This document shows, one piece after another, positions 26,889 through 37,260 of a DNA stretch of 64,000 bases. Position 1 is the stretch's first letter. The number at the start of each line of letters is the position of its first letter. Under the pieces are notes generated by a model. The model was not told the DNA's origin and did not search any database. It saw only the letters and a list, made by a program, of their open reading frames with translations. The stretch is from Spirochaetia bacterium (lineage in GTDB: Bacteria; Spirochaetota; Spirochaetia; SZUA-6; Bin103), in the NCBI GenBank assembly GCA_965203905.1, contig CBDBDQ010000005.1, positions 2,208,001-2,272,000 of the forward strand, in the 5' to 3' direction. The position numbers and the translations under genes are program-made.

Positions 26889-28394
26889 TCAGAAGTGCAG
26901 CGTGGTCCGCAGGAACACGTTGTCCTTGGCGTCGTCGCGCCGGAGCAGGTCCGTGTCGCCACTGTCGGAGTCGCCTGCCAGCCACCATAGGTTGGCGCCG
27001 GCGGCTACCGACAGCGTGTCGCTCACGGCATAGCTGATCCGCGGGGCGAAGTGGAACGCCTCCTCCGTGATGCCCCAGACGCCGAGCGCTCCGACGCCGA
27101 GGCGCTCGCGCAGCAGGGTCGTGTGCAGCCTGCCGACCAGGTACCAGGAGTGCGGCCGGTGCTGCAGCAGGTACTGGTCGGCCAGCGTACCCACGTACGC
27201 TTCGAGAAAGGGGCTGTAGTCCGATCTCCATGCTGCCTGGTCGTGCAGCACCTGCCGGTGGTAGACGCCCGCCAGCATGGTGAACGACTGCGAGCCGATG
27301 GCGAACGCGTGGTCCGCCTGCAGCACCGACACCAGTTCGGGATTCTTGGTGTCGATGCGGGAGCCGGACAGGTTCTCCGCGGCGAACTTGAACCCGGCAT
27401 CGGCGGACACCACCCAGCCGTCCAGGGCGAGGCTGGCGCCTACCCCGAGGTTATGCGCGCGCCGGTAGGCCGGCGTCACGGTGCCCGTGATGTCGTACCG
27501 CGTGCCGTCTGCGGAGCGCCGCTCCCTCAGCCCACTCAAGTCGAAGTCCAGCAGTTGGTCGCGGAAGTATGAGTAGCTGACCTGCAGGTCGGCCACGAAG
27601 GTGGAGTACGAGAGCGCCGCGTGCACCGAGTGCGCCCACTCCGAGAACGGCGTCACCGGGGGATTGAGGAACCGGGCATCCACGGCGAACGTATCGCCGA
27701 GGATGTTGAACCGGGTATCGATTGCCAGTTCTTCGATCGCCACCAGGTCGGGCGCCAGGAACGGCACGTACACCAGCTCCAGGCTCAGGTAATCGCTCGG
27801 GTATGCGCTGGCGTGCAGCACCGGATCGGCCCGCGCGCCGCCCAGCACGTCGTCCAGGGCCAGCAGGTCGGTATTGCTGTGGTTGACCACGTCGAGCGGA
27901 CTCAGCAGGTCCGCCTTGCCCCAGCGTACGAACTTCTTGCCGATGTCGAGGTCGAAGGGGCCGAGCCGCAGCGCCACATACGCCTGCCGGACGAGGTTGT
28001 CGAGATCGGTCAGCGTGGCCCCGGCGGGCACCGACTCGAGTCCGTGCACGCCATACTGGGCAAACCCCATCAGTTCCACGAACGCCGCCAGATCTCCGCT
28101 GTCGCTGGAGGCGTCGAGTTGCGCCACGGCGGTGAGCCGCAGCCGCTCGTTGGTGTAGAACTGCTCCGGCGCCACCAGCCCGTAGTGGTCGAGCTGTACG
28201 AAGCCGGTAACGTCGAGGTCGAAGCCATCGGCTGCGGCGCTGCTCAGCACTGCCATTGCCCACGCCGTCGCCGCGGTAAGCCGCCGCCAGTGGTACACGC
28301 CCAACCTACCGACAGCGCAGGGCGCGCCGGGTGATCCGCAAGCCAACATGTCAGGAGTACGCAACCTTCCTTCCGGCGAGGTGCCATCCGGCAA
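26889..28394 (-). CDS. putative outer-membrane beta-barrel protein (DUF1302-like)
   Basis: VRQAYV..DIGKKFVRWG..D..SPLDVVN, and C-terminal aromatic ..RTTLHF. The true start is probably near 28300. Confidence 0.65.
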   Translation of the reverse strand: MPDGTSPEGRLRTPDMLACGSPGAPCAVGRLGVYHWRRLTAATAWAMAVLSSAAADGFDLDVTGFVQLDHYGLVAPEQFYTNERLRLTAVAQLDASSDSGDLAAFVELMGFAQYGVHGLESVPAGATLTDLDNLVRQAYVALRLGPFDLDIGKKFVRWGKADLLSPLDVVNHSNTDLLALDDVLGGARADPVLHASAYPSDYLSLELVYVPFLAPDLVAIEELAIDTRFNILGDTFAVDARFLNPPVTPFSEWAHSVHAALSYSTFVADLQVSYSYFRDQLLDFDLSGLRERRSADGTRYDITGTVTPAYRRAHNLGVGASLALDGWVVSADAGFKFAAENLSGSRIDTKNPELVSVLQADHAFAIGSQSFTMLAGVYHRQVLHDQAAWRSDYSPFLEAYVGTLADQYLLQHRPHSWYLVGRLHTTLLRERLGVGALGVWGITEEAFHFAPRISYAVSDTLSVAAGANLWWLAGDSDSGDTDLLRRDDAKDNVFLRTTLHF

Positions 28395-30621
28395 TCAGCA
28401 GACTCAGCACCAGGGCGCCGAGGATGGCCGCGGCGATCATTATACCGAAGTGCACCGCGCCGGAGAACGAGGACACCGCCAGCGACAGGAACGCCACCAC
28501 GGAGGTGAGGAAGCTCATGAACATCGGCACCCCGCAGCCGCGCACGATGGCGGAAGCCTGCCCGACTCTGGAATTCTCCTTAACACGGCGCGACCGCACG
28601 CCCGCTGTCACGACCACGTGGCGCAGCGCGTTGAGGGTGTGGATCGTATAGTCCACGGCGAGTCCCAGGGTGATGGCGAGGGCGATCACGGTGTAGTCGT
28701 CGATGCGTACGCCGAATGCGGGTGCCAGACCCGCGACGGCAACCAGCACCGCACCCGCCGGCACCAGGCTGAGCAAGGCCATGCGCAGGTCGCGGAACAC
28801 CGCCAGCACGGTGGCGAAGATCAGCACGGCGCTGCCGGCGAGGGCGCTCAGCCAGTTGCGGCGCAGGCGTTCGCCGTGGGCCAGCAGCTCCCGCGCCGGT
28901 CCGGTGAGTGTGACTTGCCAGGCCCCCGGCAACTGTGCGCGGATGCCTTGCACGGCGTGTTGCAGCGCACCGAGGGTGGCGAAGTCGCGGTAGCGCAGAA
29001 TGCCGTGCAGCCGCACCGCTGACAGCCGGTGGTCAATCAGCGCCTCGTAGTCGGCGGGGCTGGCCGAGGCGCTGTAGAACAGCAGGTACTGCGCGATCAC
29101 GCGCGCGAACCGCTCGGGATCGTCGGCCGCGGGCAGCTCCTGCAGGCCCACCTCTCCGGTGTCGAAGTAGCGGTGGATGCGCTGCACCACGGACAACAGC
29201 GAGCGCTGATGACCCACCGCGGGGAGCTCGCCCAGCAGCCGATGGACGGTGCCGAGGTGCGCCAAAGCCGCCGGCTGCAGGAAGGCATCCTGGGTGCCGG
29301 CGTCGATCTCGAGCCCGAACGGCACCGTCCCCGCGAACTCCCGGTTGAAGATCCGCTCCGCCTGCACGATCGTCGATGCGGCGGGAAGCTGGTGCAACGG
29401 GTAGGGCTCCGGCAGCAGCCGGCCGAGCTGCGGCAGCGCCGCTGCGACCGGCAGCAGGAGCAGCACGGTGGCCACCACGCGGTGGCGGCCGAGCAGCAAC
29501 AGGGTCGCGACCAGCAGGCGGTGGATGCGGCGCGCGACCGCGCCCGCGCCGGTGCCCCGGCGGGCGCCGCGGACGCGTCCGGCGAGCGGCATCCACCACA
29601 GCGCCAGCACCAGCGCGGCCAGCGCCCCGACGCTGACCGTGACCGCCACGAACCGGTGCACGGTGCTCCCCAGGCCGCCCAGGGCCAGGAACCCGATCAC
29701 CGTGGTGGCGGCGGTCAACGCCAGCGGCAGGTACAGGTAGGCGCGGGCGGCGCGTGCCGAGCCGTCGCCGCGCCACCCGAGGTGGTAACCCATGTGAATC
29801 GCGTAGTCGCTGAACAGCCCGCCGGCGAACACCGGCGCCAGGATCAACAGCGGGGTGCGCACGCCGGCCAGCAGCACGAACAGGGCGCTGCCGGCGGCGG
29901 CGGCGCTCACCGTGGCGGCCAGGGCCACCAGCACGCCGCGCGCGCCGCCGAAGGTGAGCAGCAGAATCGCCGCCGTGGCGAGGCCCACAATCGGCAACAG
30001 CGCGCGCAGGTCGCGCACCATCAGGCGCCCGGTCAGCTCCAGGATGGGGCGCACCCCGGTAAAGTGCAGGGTCACGCCGTACTGTTCCGCCAGGGTCCGC
30101 TGCAGCCGTTCCAGGCGCTGCACCATCACCGCCGGCGCAAGTCTCGACCCCAGCTCCAGGTAGAACGCGGCGGTGCGGAAGTCGGCGCTCCAGTACGGAT
30201 GGATCTCCGGGAACCGGTCGTAGGATTGGCGCAGCTTCGCGGCGACTCCGGCATCGTACGATTCCAGCAGCGCCGCCGGTACGAACGGGCGCACCACGAT
30301 GTCGAACTCGGAGGCGTGCACCACGGTGGCGCGCAACGGGGAGGAATAGCCGCGCAGCCCCTCCATGGCGCGGAAGAAGGCGTCCACCTCGGCGACGATG
30401 GGCAGGTTGTCCTGATCCAGGCCGTCACCGGGACGGGCGCCGAACTGCACGGCGACGGCGACCACGTTGTCCGCCTGGGACGGCAGCGAGGTCAGATCGG
30501 CCGGTGTGCCGCCGGGTCCGGTGGCGGCGGCGGGGCGCCACAGCGTCGCCAGCAGCACCAGCGCGGCGGCGACCATGGGGACCGCCGCCAGCAGCGTGCG
30601 GCGTCCCGCAAGCAGCCTCAC
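28351..30621 (-). CDS. MMPL/RND family transporter
   Basis: Two repeats with FSDYAIH and LAVDYTIH, and TTVIGF / TSVVAF. Confidence 0.85.
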   Translation of the reverse strand: MRLLAGRRTLLAAVPMVAAALVLLATLWRPAAATGPGGTPADLTSLPSQADNVVAVAVQFGARPGDGLDQDNLPIVAEVDAFFRAMEGLRGYSSPLRATVVHASEFDIVVRPFVPAALLESYDAGVAAKLRQSYDRFPEIHPYWSADFRTAAFYLELGSRLAPAVMVQRLERLQRTLAEQYGVTLHFTGVRPILELTGRLMVRDLRALLPIVGLATAAILLLTFGGARGVLVALAATVSAAAAGSALFVLLAGVRTPLLILAPVFAGGLFSDYAIHMGYHLGWRGDGSARAARAYLYLPLALTAATTVIGFLALGGLGSTVHRFVAVTVSVGALAALVLALWWMPLAGRVRGARRGTGAGAVARRIHRLLVATLLLLGRHRVVATVLLLLPVAAALPQLGRLLPEPYPLHQLPAASTIVQAERIFNREFAGTVPFGLEIDAGTQDAFLQPAALAHLGTVHRLLGELPAVGHQRSLLSVVQRIHRYFDTGEVGLQELPAADDPERFARVIAQYLLFYSASASPADYEALIDHRLSAVRLHGILRYRDFATLGALQHAVQGIRAQLPGAWQVTLTGPARELLAHGERLRRNWLSALAGSAVLIFATVLAVFRDLRMALLSLVPAGAVLVAVAGLAPAFGVRIDDYTVIALAITLGLAVDYTIHTLNALRHVVVTAGVRSRRVKENSRVGQASAIVRGCGVPMFMSFLTSVVAFLSLAVSSFSGAVHFGIMIAAAILGALVLSLLIAGWHLAGRKVAYS

Positions 30622-30672
30622 CTCGTCCCGACCGCGGCTACCGGCGAACGGCGATGGCGCGCCTTCGGCTGT

Positions 30673-31515
30673 TCAGGCCGGCCAGAGCTGGGCGCCGCCG
30701 TCGACCCGGAGCACCTGCCCGGAGATGTAGGAGGAGCCGCCGGTGACCAGGAACTCCACGGTGCGCGCGACCTCGATCGGCCAGCCGTACCGGGTCAGGG
30801 TGCCGTCCTCCACCCGGCGCGAGTCGTCCGGCACGCGGCTGGCCAGGAACCGCGGGGTGACGATCTCGCCCGGTGCGATGGCGTTCACGTGCACGTTGTG
30901 GGGACGGAGTTGGGCCGCCAGGCAGCGCGTGTACTCGTGCACCGCCGCCTTGGCCATGCCGTAGATCACCTCCCCCGGATGTCCATGCAGGCCGGAGATG
31001 CTGCCGATGTTCACGATCCACCCCTGGTTGCGGCGCACCATCTCCGGGGCCACCTCGCGGCACGGCAGCAGGCAGGTCATCACGTTGCGGTCGAGCACGG
31101 TACGGATGTCGGCCAGCGCTACCCCGATGGCGTCGTTCGCCGCCGGCTTGCCGGCATTGGCACCCATGGTGCCCTGGGAGCCGATGTCACCGCCGGCATT
31201 GTTGACCAGGATGTCGATCTGCCCGAAACGGGCGCGAATCTGCCGGCACAGCTCTTTGACCGTAGGCTCGTCGGTCAAGTCTCCGTGGACCGCGAACACC
31301 TCGCCGGGGACGCCCTCCGCCATCTCCGCGGCGACCGCCTGCAGCGAGTCGGCCTCGCCGAAGGCGCGGGTCGATGTGGGAGTGGTGCCGTGGATCGCCA
31401 CCCGCGCGCCCTGGCTCGCCAGGTGGCCGGCCACGACCCGTCCGATGCCACGGGATGAGCCGGTTACCCAGGCAACCCTGCCGTCCAGCCGGCCGGCGCT
31501 TTCCCGGTCACTCAT
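30673..31515 (-). CDS. SDR family oxidoreductase
   Basis: TGSSRGIG, NNAG, YGMAK and VDGG. Confidence 0.93.
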   Translation of the reverse strand: MSDRESAGRLDGRVAWVTGSSRGIGRVVAGHLASQGARVAIHGTTPTSTRAFGEADSLQAVAAEMAEGVPGEVFAVHGDLTDEPTVKELCRQIRARFGQIDILVNNAGGDIGSQGTMGANAGKPAANDAIGVALADIRTVLDRNVMTCLLPCREVAPEMVRRNQGWIVNIGSISGLHGHPGEVIYGMAKAAVHEYTRCLAAQLRPHNVHVNAIAPGEIVTPRFLASRVPDDSRRVEDGTLTRYGWPIEVARTVEFLVTGGSSYISGQVLRVDGGAQLWPA

Positions 31516-31585
31516 CGTCCGTTCTCTTCTGATTGCCAAGCATGCGCGAACCTTAAAGCTGCCCCGGACCGCGTGTCTATCGCTC

Positions 31586-32248
31586 TTACCGCACCCAGGT
31601 GATCAGAGGCAGCAGGCGGCCCGCCAGCCGCATCAGGTGCGAGAACACCGGGACACCGAGAAAGCTGATCACTATCAGACCGAGCAGCGCGTAGGAACCG
31701 AAGCGGGCGTTGTAGTAGCGGTAGCGCTGCGCGACGCCGGCCGGCAGCAGGTGGGGCAGGATGTAGTGCCCGTCGAGCGGCCCCAGCGGGATCAGGTTGA
31801 ACAACATCAGCAGCAGGTTGACCTGCACCAGCAGGACGAAGAAGGTGACCACGCCGGGGACGAAGAACAGGTCCGCACCGGCGGCGCGCAGCAGCAGGAA
31901 GAAGTTCCAGGTAACCGTGGCGAGCAGCAGGTTGCCGGCGGGCCCGGCGGCAGCGACCCAGAGGTCGGCGCGCGGCGAACGGAACCGGCGCGGATCGGTC
32001 GGCACCGGCTTGGCGTAGCCGAACCCCACCAGCACCACCATGGCGAGCCCCATCGGGTCGATGTGACGGATCGGATTGAGGGTCAGCCGGCCGGCAAGCT
32101 GCGCGGTAGGGTCGCCGCTGAGCTTGGCCACCAAGGCATGCCCGTACTCGTGCACCGAAAGCGAGACCACGAGCGCCGCCACCAGCAGCACGAACAACAG
32201 CACCTCGCCGCGGAACAGAAGCTGGATCACCGCCGCAATGATCGCCAT
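31586..32248 (-). CDS. site-2 protease (M50) family protein
   Basis: HEYGH, GRLTLNP, AAAGP and FNLIPLGPLDG. Confidence 0.92.
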   Translation of the reverse strand: MAIIAAVIQLLFRGEVLLFVLLVAALVVSLSVHEYGHALVAKLSGDPTAQLAGRLTLNPIRHIDPMGLAMVVLVGFGYAKPVPTDPRRFRSPRADLWVAAAGPAGNLLLATVTWNFFLLLRAAGADLFFVPGVVTFFVLLVQVNLLLMLFNLIPLGPLDGHYILPHLLPAGVAQRYRYYNARFGSYALLGLIVISFLGVPVFSHLMRLAGRLLPLITWVR

Positions 32249-32355
32249 GGCAAAGAGGCGAGGCAAATCCCGCAACGAGGCGAGGCGTCCGGGGCGTCCG
32301 GCGTGCGGCGTCAGTTGCCACCGGTGTCGGTTCCCGCTGTAACGACGGAACAACC

Positions 32356-32618
32356 ATGCGTCTTTCGATCAGCCCGCGAAACCACGAGCACATCAACCGC
32401 AAGATTTCGTCCGGATGGTATGGTTCTGCCGATGACGTGCTGCACGCGGCCCTTGCTCTGCTGGACGAACGCGAAGCAGCGCTGGACCACGAGTTGCATG
32501 CCCGCAGTTTGGTCCCGCTCATCGCAGCCTCGTCGTACCCGGAACCCGATACGTCATCATCTATCGGCCCGCCATGGTGTGGAAATCCTTCACGTGCGCC
32601 ATACGCGCCATTTGACTG
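32356..32618 (+). pseudogene. collapsed parDE toxin-antitoxin remnant
   Basis: The ParD-like N-terminus (ISSGWYGSADDVLHAALALLDERE) runs to ~32497. A ParE-like C-terminus follows in other frames (CPQFGPAHRSLVVPGTRYVIIYRP / HGVEILHVRH). Confidence 0.75.
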
Positions 32619-32821
32619 GATGCCGGGCGTATGCAACGATGGCTTCAGGTGAGAACGGATGCGCATGATGCGAGACGGCGATAGCCATTTCGGCCACCGT
32701 TTGAAGATAGCGCAACCAGTCTGCCCCCCCGGGCTTTCAAACCGAGAACAACTAACCGCTCCGGCTGATCTCCTCGCGCACCCAGGCGCGCTCGCGCAGC
32801 GGCGCGGCACCTGTTCCGGCT

Positions 32822-32855
32822 CGGCGTATCGCCGCGCCAGCGTGGCGATACGCCG
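32822..32855. repeat. perfect 12-bp inverted repeat
   Basis: CGGCGTATCGCC-N10-GGCGATACGCCG. Confidence 0.7.
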
Positions 32856-33218
32856 TCCCGGATCCCCGCCCGCTACTCACCCAGCCCGTTGCCGGCCACT
32901 CACACTCGCGGTTTCGCGACCACCGCCCCGCGCGGGGGTGCGACGCAGGTCCCGACGTCCACCGAGCGGTCGGTGTCTGCATTGTGGCGCCCACTCCCGA
33001 GACAGGCAGCTTCCGTCAGGCATCTGGCCGAGAAACGGAGGTGCGAAATGATTCTCAAAGAACCGCACGGGCGCGCGGCGGGAACCCGATGAGTCACGCG
33101 CCGTGCGCCCTGAGAAATCTGACTCTGTCTGGACGCCCGCGTTGCGGGCGAGAGAGCAGCCAGGAAGCGGCAATTCGCATCGCAATTCTCTCAAACAATG
33201 CCACCAAGGAGCTTACGT

Positions 33219-35003
33219 ATGAAACTTGTACCAATCCCAAGGACCTTCGCGGTCGCGCTGGTCCTGATCCTGAGCGCAACCGGGCTCTGGGCGAGCCCGG
33301 CCGGCGAAGAGGAGCCGGCAGCCGCCATGGAGAAGGAGATGGTGATGGACCCGTCCACCGGCGAGATGGTGACGGCACCACGGTATGGCGGGACATTGAC
33401 CTTCGCCCAGACAGGGCCATCGGCGAGTGCTGACATCGTGGTCCCAGGCGGATGGGCAGAAGCCCTGGTCGACCCTGTCCTCGAGAAGCTCAGTATCGCA
33501 GACTGGGCAACTCCCAGGGACGAATTCGACTTCGTGTTTCTGTTCCCACCAGACCACACGAACGGGGCGCTGGCGGAAAGCTGGTCGCAGCCTGACCCAC
33601 TGACGTATGTCGTCAACGTCCGACAGGGCGTTCGGTGGCACCACAAGGCGCCCATGAACGGGCGCGCGTTCACGGCCCAGGACGTCGAGTACAATTATCA
33701 CCGTCTGTTGGGACTCGGCAGCGGATTCAGCGAGCGAACGGCTACGCCCTGGGAGCTGCTCGCAAGCGCAAACATCGAATCGGTAACGGCAACCGATGAA
33801 TCCACGGTAGTTGTCAAGCTGGAACGACCAACCCTCACTAGTTTGGCGGCTATCTTGAACAGTTTCAGCGGCTGGATGTATCCCCCGGAGGTTATCAGGG
33901 AACACGGCGATGCTGACGATTGGGAGAATCTGGTCGGAACCGGACCTTACCTGCTGACTGACGTCGTCGAAAGCAGCTCTGTCACCTGGGACAGGAATCC
34001 TGACTACTGGGGCACCGACGAAAAATACCCGCAGAACCGATTGCCTTATATCGACCAGTTAAGGGTTCTGATCATGACGGAACCGGCAACACGGTTGGCG
34101 GGACTGCGCACGGGTCGGCTGGATTACCTGGGTCGGGCAGGCGCAGCTCAGTTGAGGACGGTAGAACAGATAGAGGGCCTCCAACGGACCAATCCCGAAC
34201 TGGTGATATGGCCCTATATCGGACGGTCTGACAATGGTGTCGGCATGAACATCCAAGTGGAGCCGTTCGACGACATCCGCGTGCGCAAGGCGATGCAGAT
34301 GGCCATCAACCTCGACGAGATCAACAGTGCCTACTATAAGGGGTTTGCCGATATCATACCTCAGGGACAGCTAAGCCGGACCATTTCGCAGGCGGTCACC
34401 CAGTTTGAAGATTGGCCCGAACAGGTCAAGGAAGCCTTTGCGTACGACCCGGACGGCGCAAAGGCGCTTCTGGCAGAGGCGGGGTATGCTGATGGCTTTG
34501 AGACGTCGATGGTGCATCTCGAGCGCTATGATGTGAACTATATACAATTGCTCGCTTCCTACTGGAAAGAGATTGGTGTCGAGGTGGAGATCGATGTCCA
34601 GTCGCCCGCTTCTCACGCCGCCAAAAGAGCTGCGCGAGAGTTTGTCATGACCAATGCGGAAGCGGCTGGAAAAGCGTTTGTACTCTCGGGGTTTACGACT
34701 CGCTATGGAAGCGGGGTTGGACACAACTCTTCTAATGTTGAAGATCCGTGGTATGACGCCAAGATCAAGGAGGCCTCAGAGGCTTCCACCATGGCGGAAC
34801 TCAACAGCTTGGTTAAAGAGCTTGATCAGTATGCGATAGAGCAGTTCTGGACGATATTCGGTCCCGTGGCCCCGCAGTTTATGGCAGTTCAGCCGTGGGT
34901 CATAGGTTTCAACGGCGAGCCGAGCTTGGGAGACGGTCGATATAACAGCATCTTTGCGCGCCTCTGGATTGACCAGGATCTGAAACGAGAAATGGGTTTC
35001 TAG
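33219..35003 (+). CDS. peptide/nickel-type ABC substrate-binding protein (family 5)
   Basis: AAGGAG RBS, signal peptide, YGGTL, LAESW, GTGPY and VRKAMQMAIN. Confidence 0.92.
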   Translation: MKLVPIPRTFAVALVLILSATGLWASPAGEEEPAAAMEKEMVMDPSTGEMVTAPRYGGTLTFAQTGPSASADIVVPGGWAEALVDPVLEKLSIADWATPRDEFDFVFLFPPDHTNGALAESWSQPDPLTYVVNVRQGVRWHHKAPMNGRAFTAQDVEYNYHRLLGLGSGFSERTATPWELLASANIESVTATDESTVVVKLERPTLTSLAAILNSFSGWMYPPEVIREHGDADDWENLVGTGPYLLTDVVESSSVTWDRNPDYWGTDEKYPQNRLPYIDQLRVLIMTEPATRLAGLRTGRLDYLGRAGAAQLRTVEQIEGLQRTNPELVIWPYIGRSDNGVGMNIQVEPFDDIRVRKAMQMAINLDEINSAYYKGFADIIPQGQLSRTISQAVTQFEDWPEQVKEAFAYDPDGAKALLAEAGYADGFETSMVHLERYDVNYIQLLASYWKEIGVEVEIDVQSPASHAAKRAAREFVMTNAEAAGKAFVLSGFTTRYGSGVGHNSSNVEDPWYDAKIKEASEASTMAELNSLVKELDQYAIEQFWTIFGPVAPQFMAVQPWVIGFNGEPSLGDGRYNSIFARLWIDQDLKREMGF

Positions 35004-35034
35004 GGGGTACCCCCCTACCGAGCTCAGTCAAGTT

Positions 35035-35077
35035 GAGCCGGGAGGTGCGGTTCGCTTGCGAGCGCATTTCCCGGCTC
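35035..35077 (+). terminator. intercistronic stem-loop after SBP gene
   Basis: GAGCCGGGAGGTGCG...CGCATTTCCCGGCTC; it may stabilise or attenuate the SBP mRNA. Confidence 0.55.
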
Positions 35078-35103
35078 CCTTACTTATTGCACAAGGTGTC
35101 TGC

Positions 35104-36066
35104 GTGAGAGCCTATATCATAAGGCGGTTGTTGCTGATTTTGCCTACGCTGTTCATCTTGAGCATTCTCGTTTTTCTCTCGGTCCGTTTCATCCCGGGCG
35201 ACGTCATCGACGCACTGCAAGCGAGGGTCGGAAACACAGTGGCCGGTGGGTCTGTCGACCGAGCAGCACTTGAGCGCCAACTGGGACTGGACGTGCCCGT
35301 CTACGTGCAGTATGGACGCTGGTTGAGGGGCATTCTCCTGCACGGCAGCCTTGGCGAATCACTGATGGGCCGCGGGGAGGTGCAGGAGCACATCATAAGA
35401 AGACTACCGGTAACCATCGAGCTTGGCCTTCTGGCTATCACAATCGGCATGGTGATCGCCCTGCCGGTTGGTATCTACTCGGCGATTCGCCAGGATACCG
35501 CCGCCGACTTCCTGGGACGATCTTGCGCCATCATCGGGCTGGCCATGCCGAACTTCTGGCTGGGCATCATGGTCATGATCTACCCGGCCGTCTGGTGGAG
35601 GTGGGCGCCACCGCTGGAGTTGGTTCCTTTCGCAAGAAACCCGTTGGGGAATCTGGCGGTATTCATCATTCCCAGCCTGATCCTGGGAACGGCCACGGCG
35701 GCGGCCACCATGCGGATGACGCGCACCACGATGCTGGAGGTGCTCCGGCAGGACTATATCCGCACCGCCTGGTCCAAGGGACTGAAGGAGCGGGTCGTGG
35801 TGATCCGGCACGCCGTCAAGAATGCTCTTATCCCGGTGGTGACCCTGATCGGCCTGCAGTTGCCGATTCTGGTGGGGGGCGCCGTGATCATGGAGAACAT
35901 CTTCAACCTGCCGGGGCTCGGTCGTCTCATGCTGATCGCCCTCGAGGAGAGGGATTACCCGATGGTCTCCGGCATCAACCTGTTCTTCGCCACCGGGGTG
36001 GTGGTGATCAATCTGTTCGTCGACCTGGTCTACGCCGTCCTGGACCCCAGGGTCAGCTATGACTGA
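35104..36066 (+). CDS. ABC permease (DppB/OppB-like)
   Basis: YIIRRLL, PGD, QDYIRTAWSKG, HAVKNA and LDPR. Confidence 0.93.
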   Translation: MRAYIIRRLLLILPTLFILSILVFLSVRFIPGDVIDALQARVGNTVAGGSVDRAALERQLGLDVPVYVQYGRWLRGILLHGSLGESLMGRGEVQEHIIRRLPVTIELGLLAITIGMVIALPVGIYSAIRQDTAADFLGRSCAIIGLAMPNFWLGIMVMIYPAVWWRWAPPLELVPFARNPLGNLAVFIIPSLILGTATAAATMRMTRTTMLEVLRQDYIRTAWSKGLKERVVVIRHAVKNALIPVVTLIGLQLPILVGGAVIMENIFNLPGLGRLMLIALEERDYPMVSGINLFFATGVVVINLFVDLVYAVLDPRVSYD

Positions 36067-36960
36067 GCCAAAGAGACCTGTCGGGCTGGCCGATTTCCTT
36101 GTCAGGCTGCTCAAGGAGAAGCCAATGAGCATTATCGCCGGGGTCGTCATCCTGCTGTTGCTCCTGGTAGCGATCTTGGCCGACGTGCTGGCGCCTTACC
36201 CGCATGATGAAGTCAACATCGTCGATCGGATGCAGGCCCCGTCCAACCGGTACTTGTTGGGGACCGACCAACTGGGGCGCGACCTGCTGAGCCGCCTTCT
36301 TTTGGCGCCCGGATTTCGCTGACCGTCGGTCTGGCGGCGACCACCGTCAACGTCGTGGTGGCGGTGCTGATCGGCGGCATCTCGGGGTTCTTCGGCGGTC
36401 GACTCGACCTGGCGATGCAGCGCTTCGTCGACGCCTGGATGGCGTTCCCGGGGCTGCTGCTGTTGCTCACCATCATGTCGCTGGTGGGGCGGGGGCTGCC
36501 GCAGATCATCGTGGTGCTGGGGGTGACGGGCGGCATCGGCGGTTCGCGAGTGGTCCGAGGCGCGGTGATCGGGGTCAAGGAGAATGCCTACTTTCAGGCG
36601 GCCGAGGCGATCGGCGGCACCCGGTGGAGAACCCTCATCCATCACGTCCTGCCCAACATCGCCGCTCCGGTGATCGTCATTTTCACGATCAACGTCGGGG
36701 GCGTGATCATCAGCGAGGCTGCGCTGAGCTTTCTGGGGTTCGGACTGCCGATCTCGGTGCCGAGCTGGGGCGGGATGCTGAGCCGGGAAGGGCGCGAGTT
36801 CATGGAGGTGGCGCCGCGGCTGGCGCTGTGGCCGGGGCTGTGCCTGACCGTTGTCGTGTACTGCCTGAACATGTTCGGCGACGCGGTGCGGGACCTGCTC
36901 GACCCGCGGCTGCGCGGCGGTGGCGGCCGTCTCGGCGCCGATCGCGGTGCGTCCGCGTAG
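36059..36960 (+). pseudogene. ABC permease (DppC/OppC-like), single frameshift
   Basis: LGTDQLGRD is followed by a T4 run at 36300-36303. Adding one T gives RLLFGARISL and joins the 36355-36960 ORF. It could be a sequencing indel. Confidence 0.85.
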
Positions 36961-36986
36961 AAGAGCTCAGCTTGATCGTGGTGTGA

Positions 36987-37016
36987 TTGCATGCATGTGC
37001 ATGCATGTCGTAATGT
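36987..37016 (+). promoter_or_regulatory. vapBC promoter with tandem operators
   Basis: TTGCAT-N18-TAATGT, with TGCATGCATG x2 (36988-37007). The ATG is 7 nt after the -10, suggesting a leaderless mRNA. Confidence 0.65.
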
Positions 37017-37023
37017 AGTTTGC

Positions 37024-37260
37024 ATGCGTACCACCATCGAACTACCGGACGACCTTCGCCAGCGAGTCGTGTCGGAGGCAGCCGCGCGTAATCTCAGAGG
37101 CTACTCACCGATCATCGTGGACGCGTTGCGCGCCTACTTCGACGGCCGAGCGGATGATCGGCACAACGTGGTAGCCCGCGTTCGCGGCTCACTCGGTGCG
37201 CAAGCGGCACAGGTGGAACACCGCCGCCTGGCCGAGGTAAGGGCCAACTGGCGCACATGA
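37024..37260 (+). CDS. VapB-type antitoxin (RHH-like)
   Basis: MRTTIELPDDL N-terminus; ATGA overlap with the PIN gene. Confidence 0.8.
   Translation: MRTTIELPDDLRQRVVSEAAARNLRGYSPIIVDALRAYFDGRADDRHNVVARVRGSLGAQAAQVEHRRLAEVRANWRT

Noticed and set aside
32880-33215. Named riboswitch (glycine, cobalamin, TPP, c-di-GMP) upstream of the SBP
   Set aside because: Consensus motifs were not found by eye, so it is kept only as an unnamed candidate.
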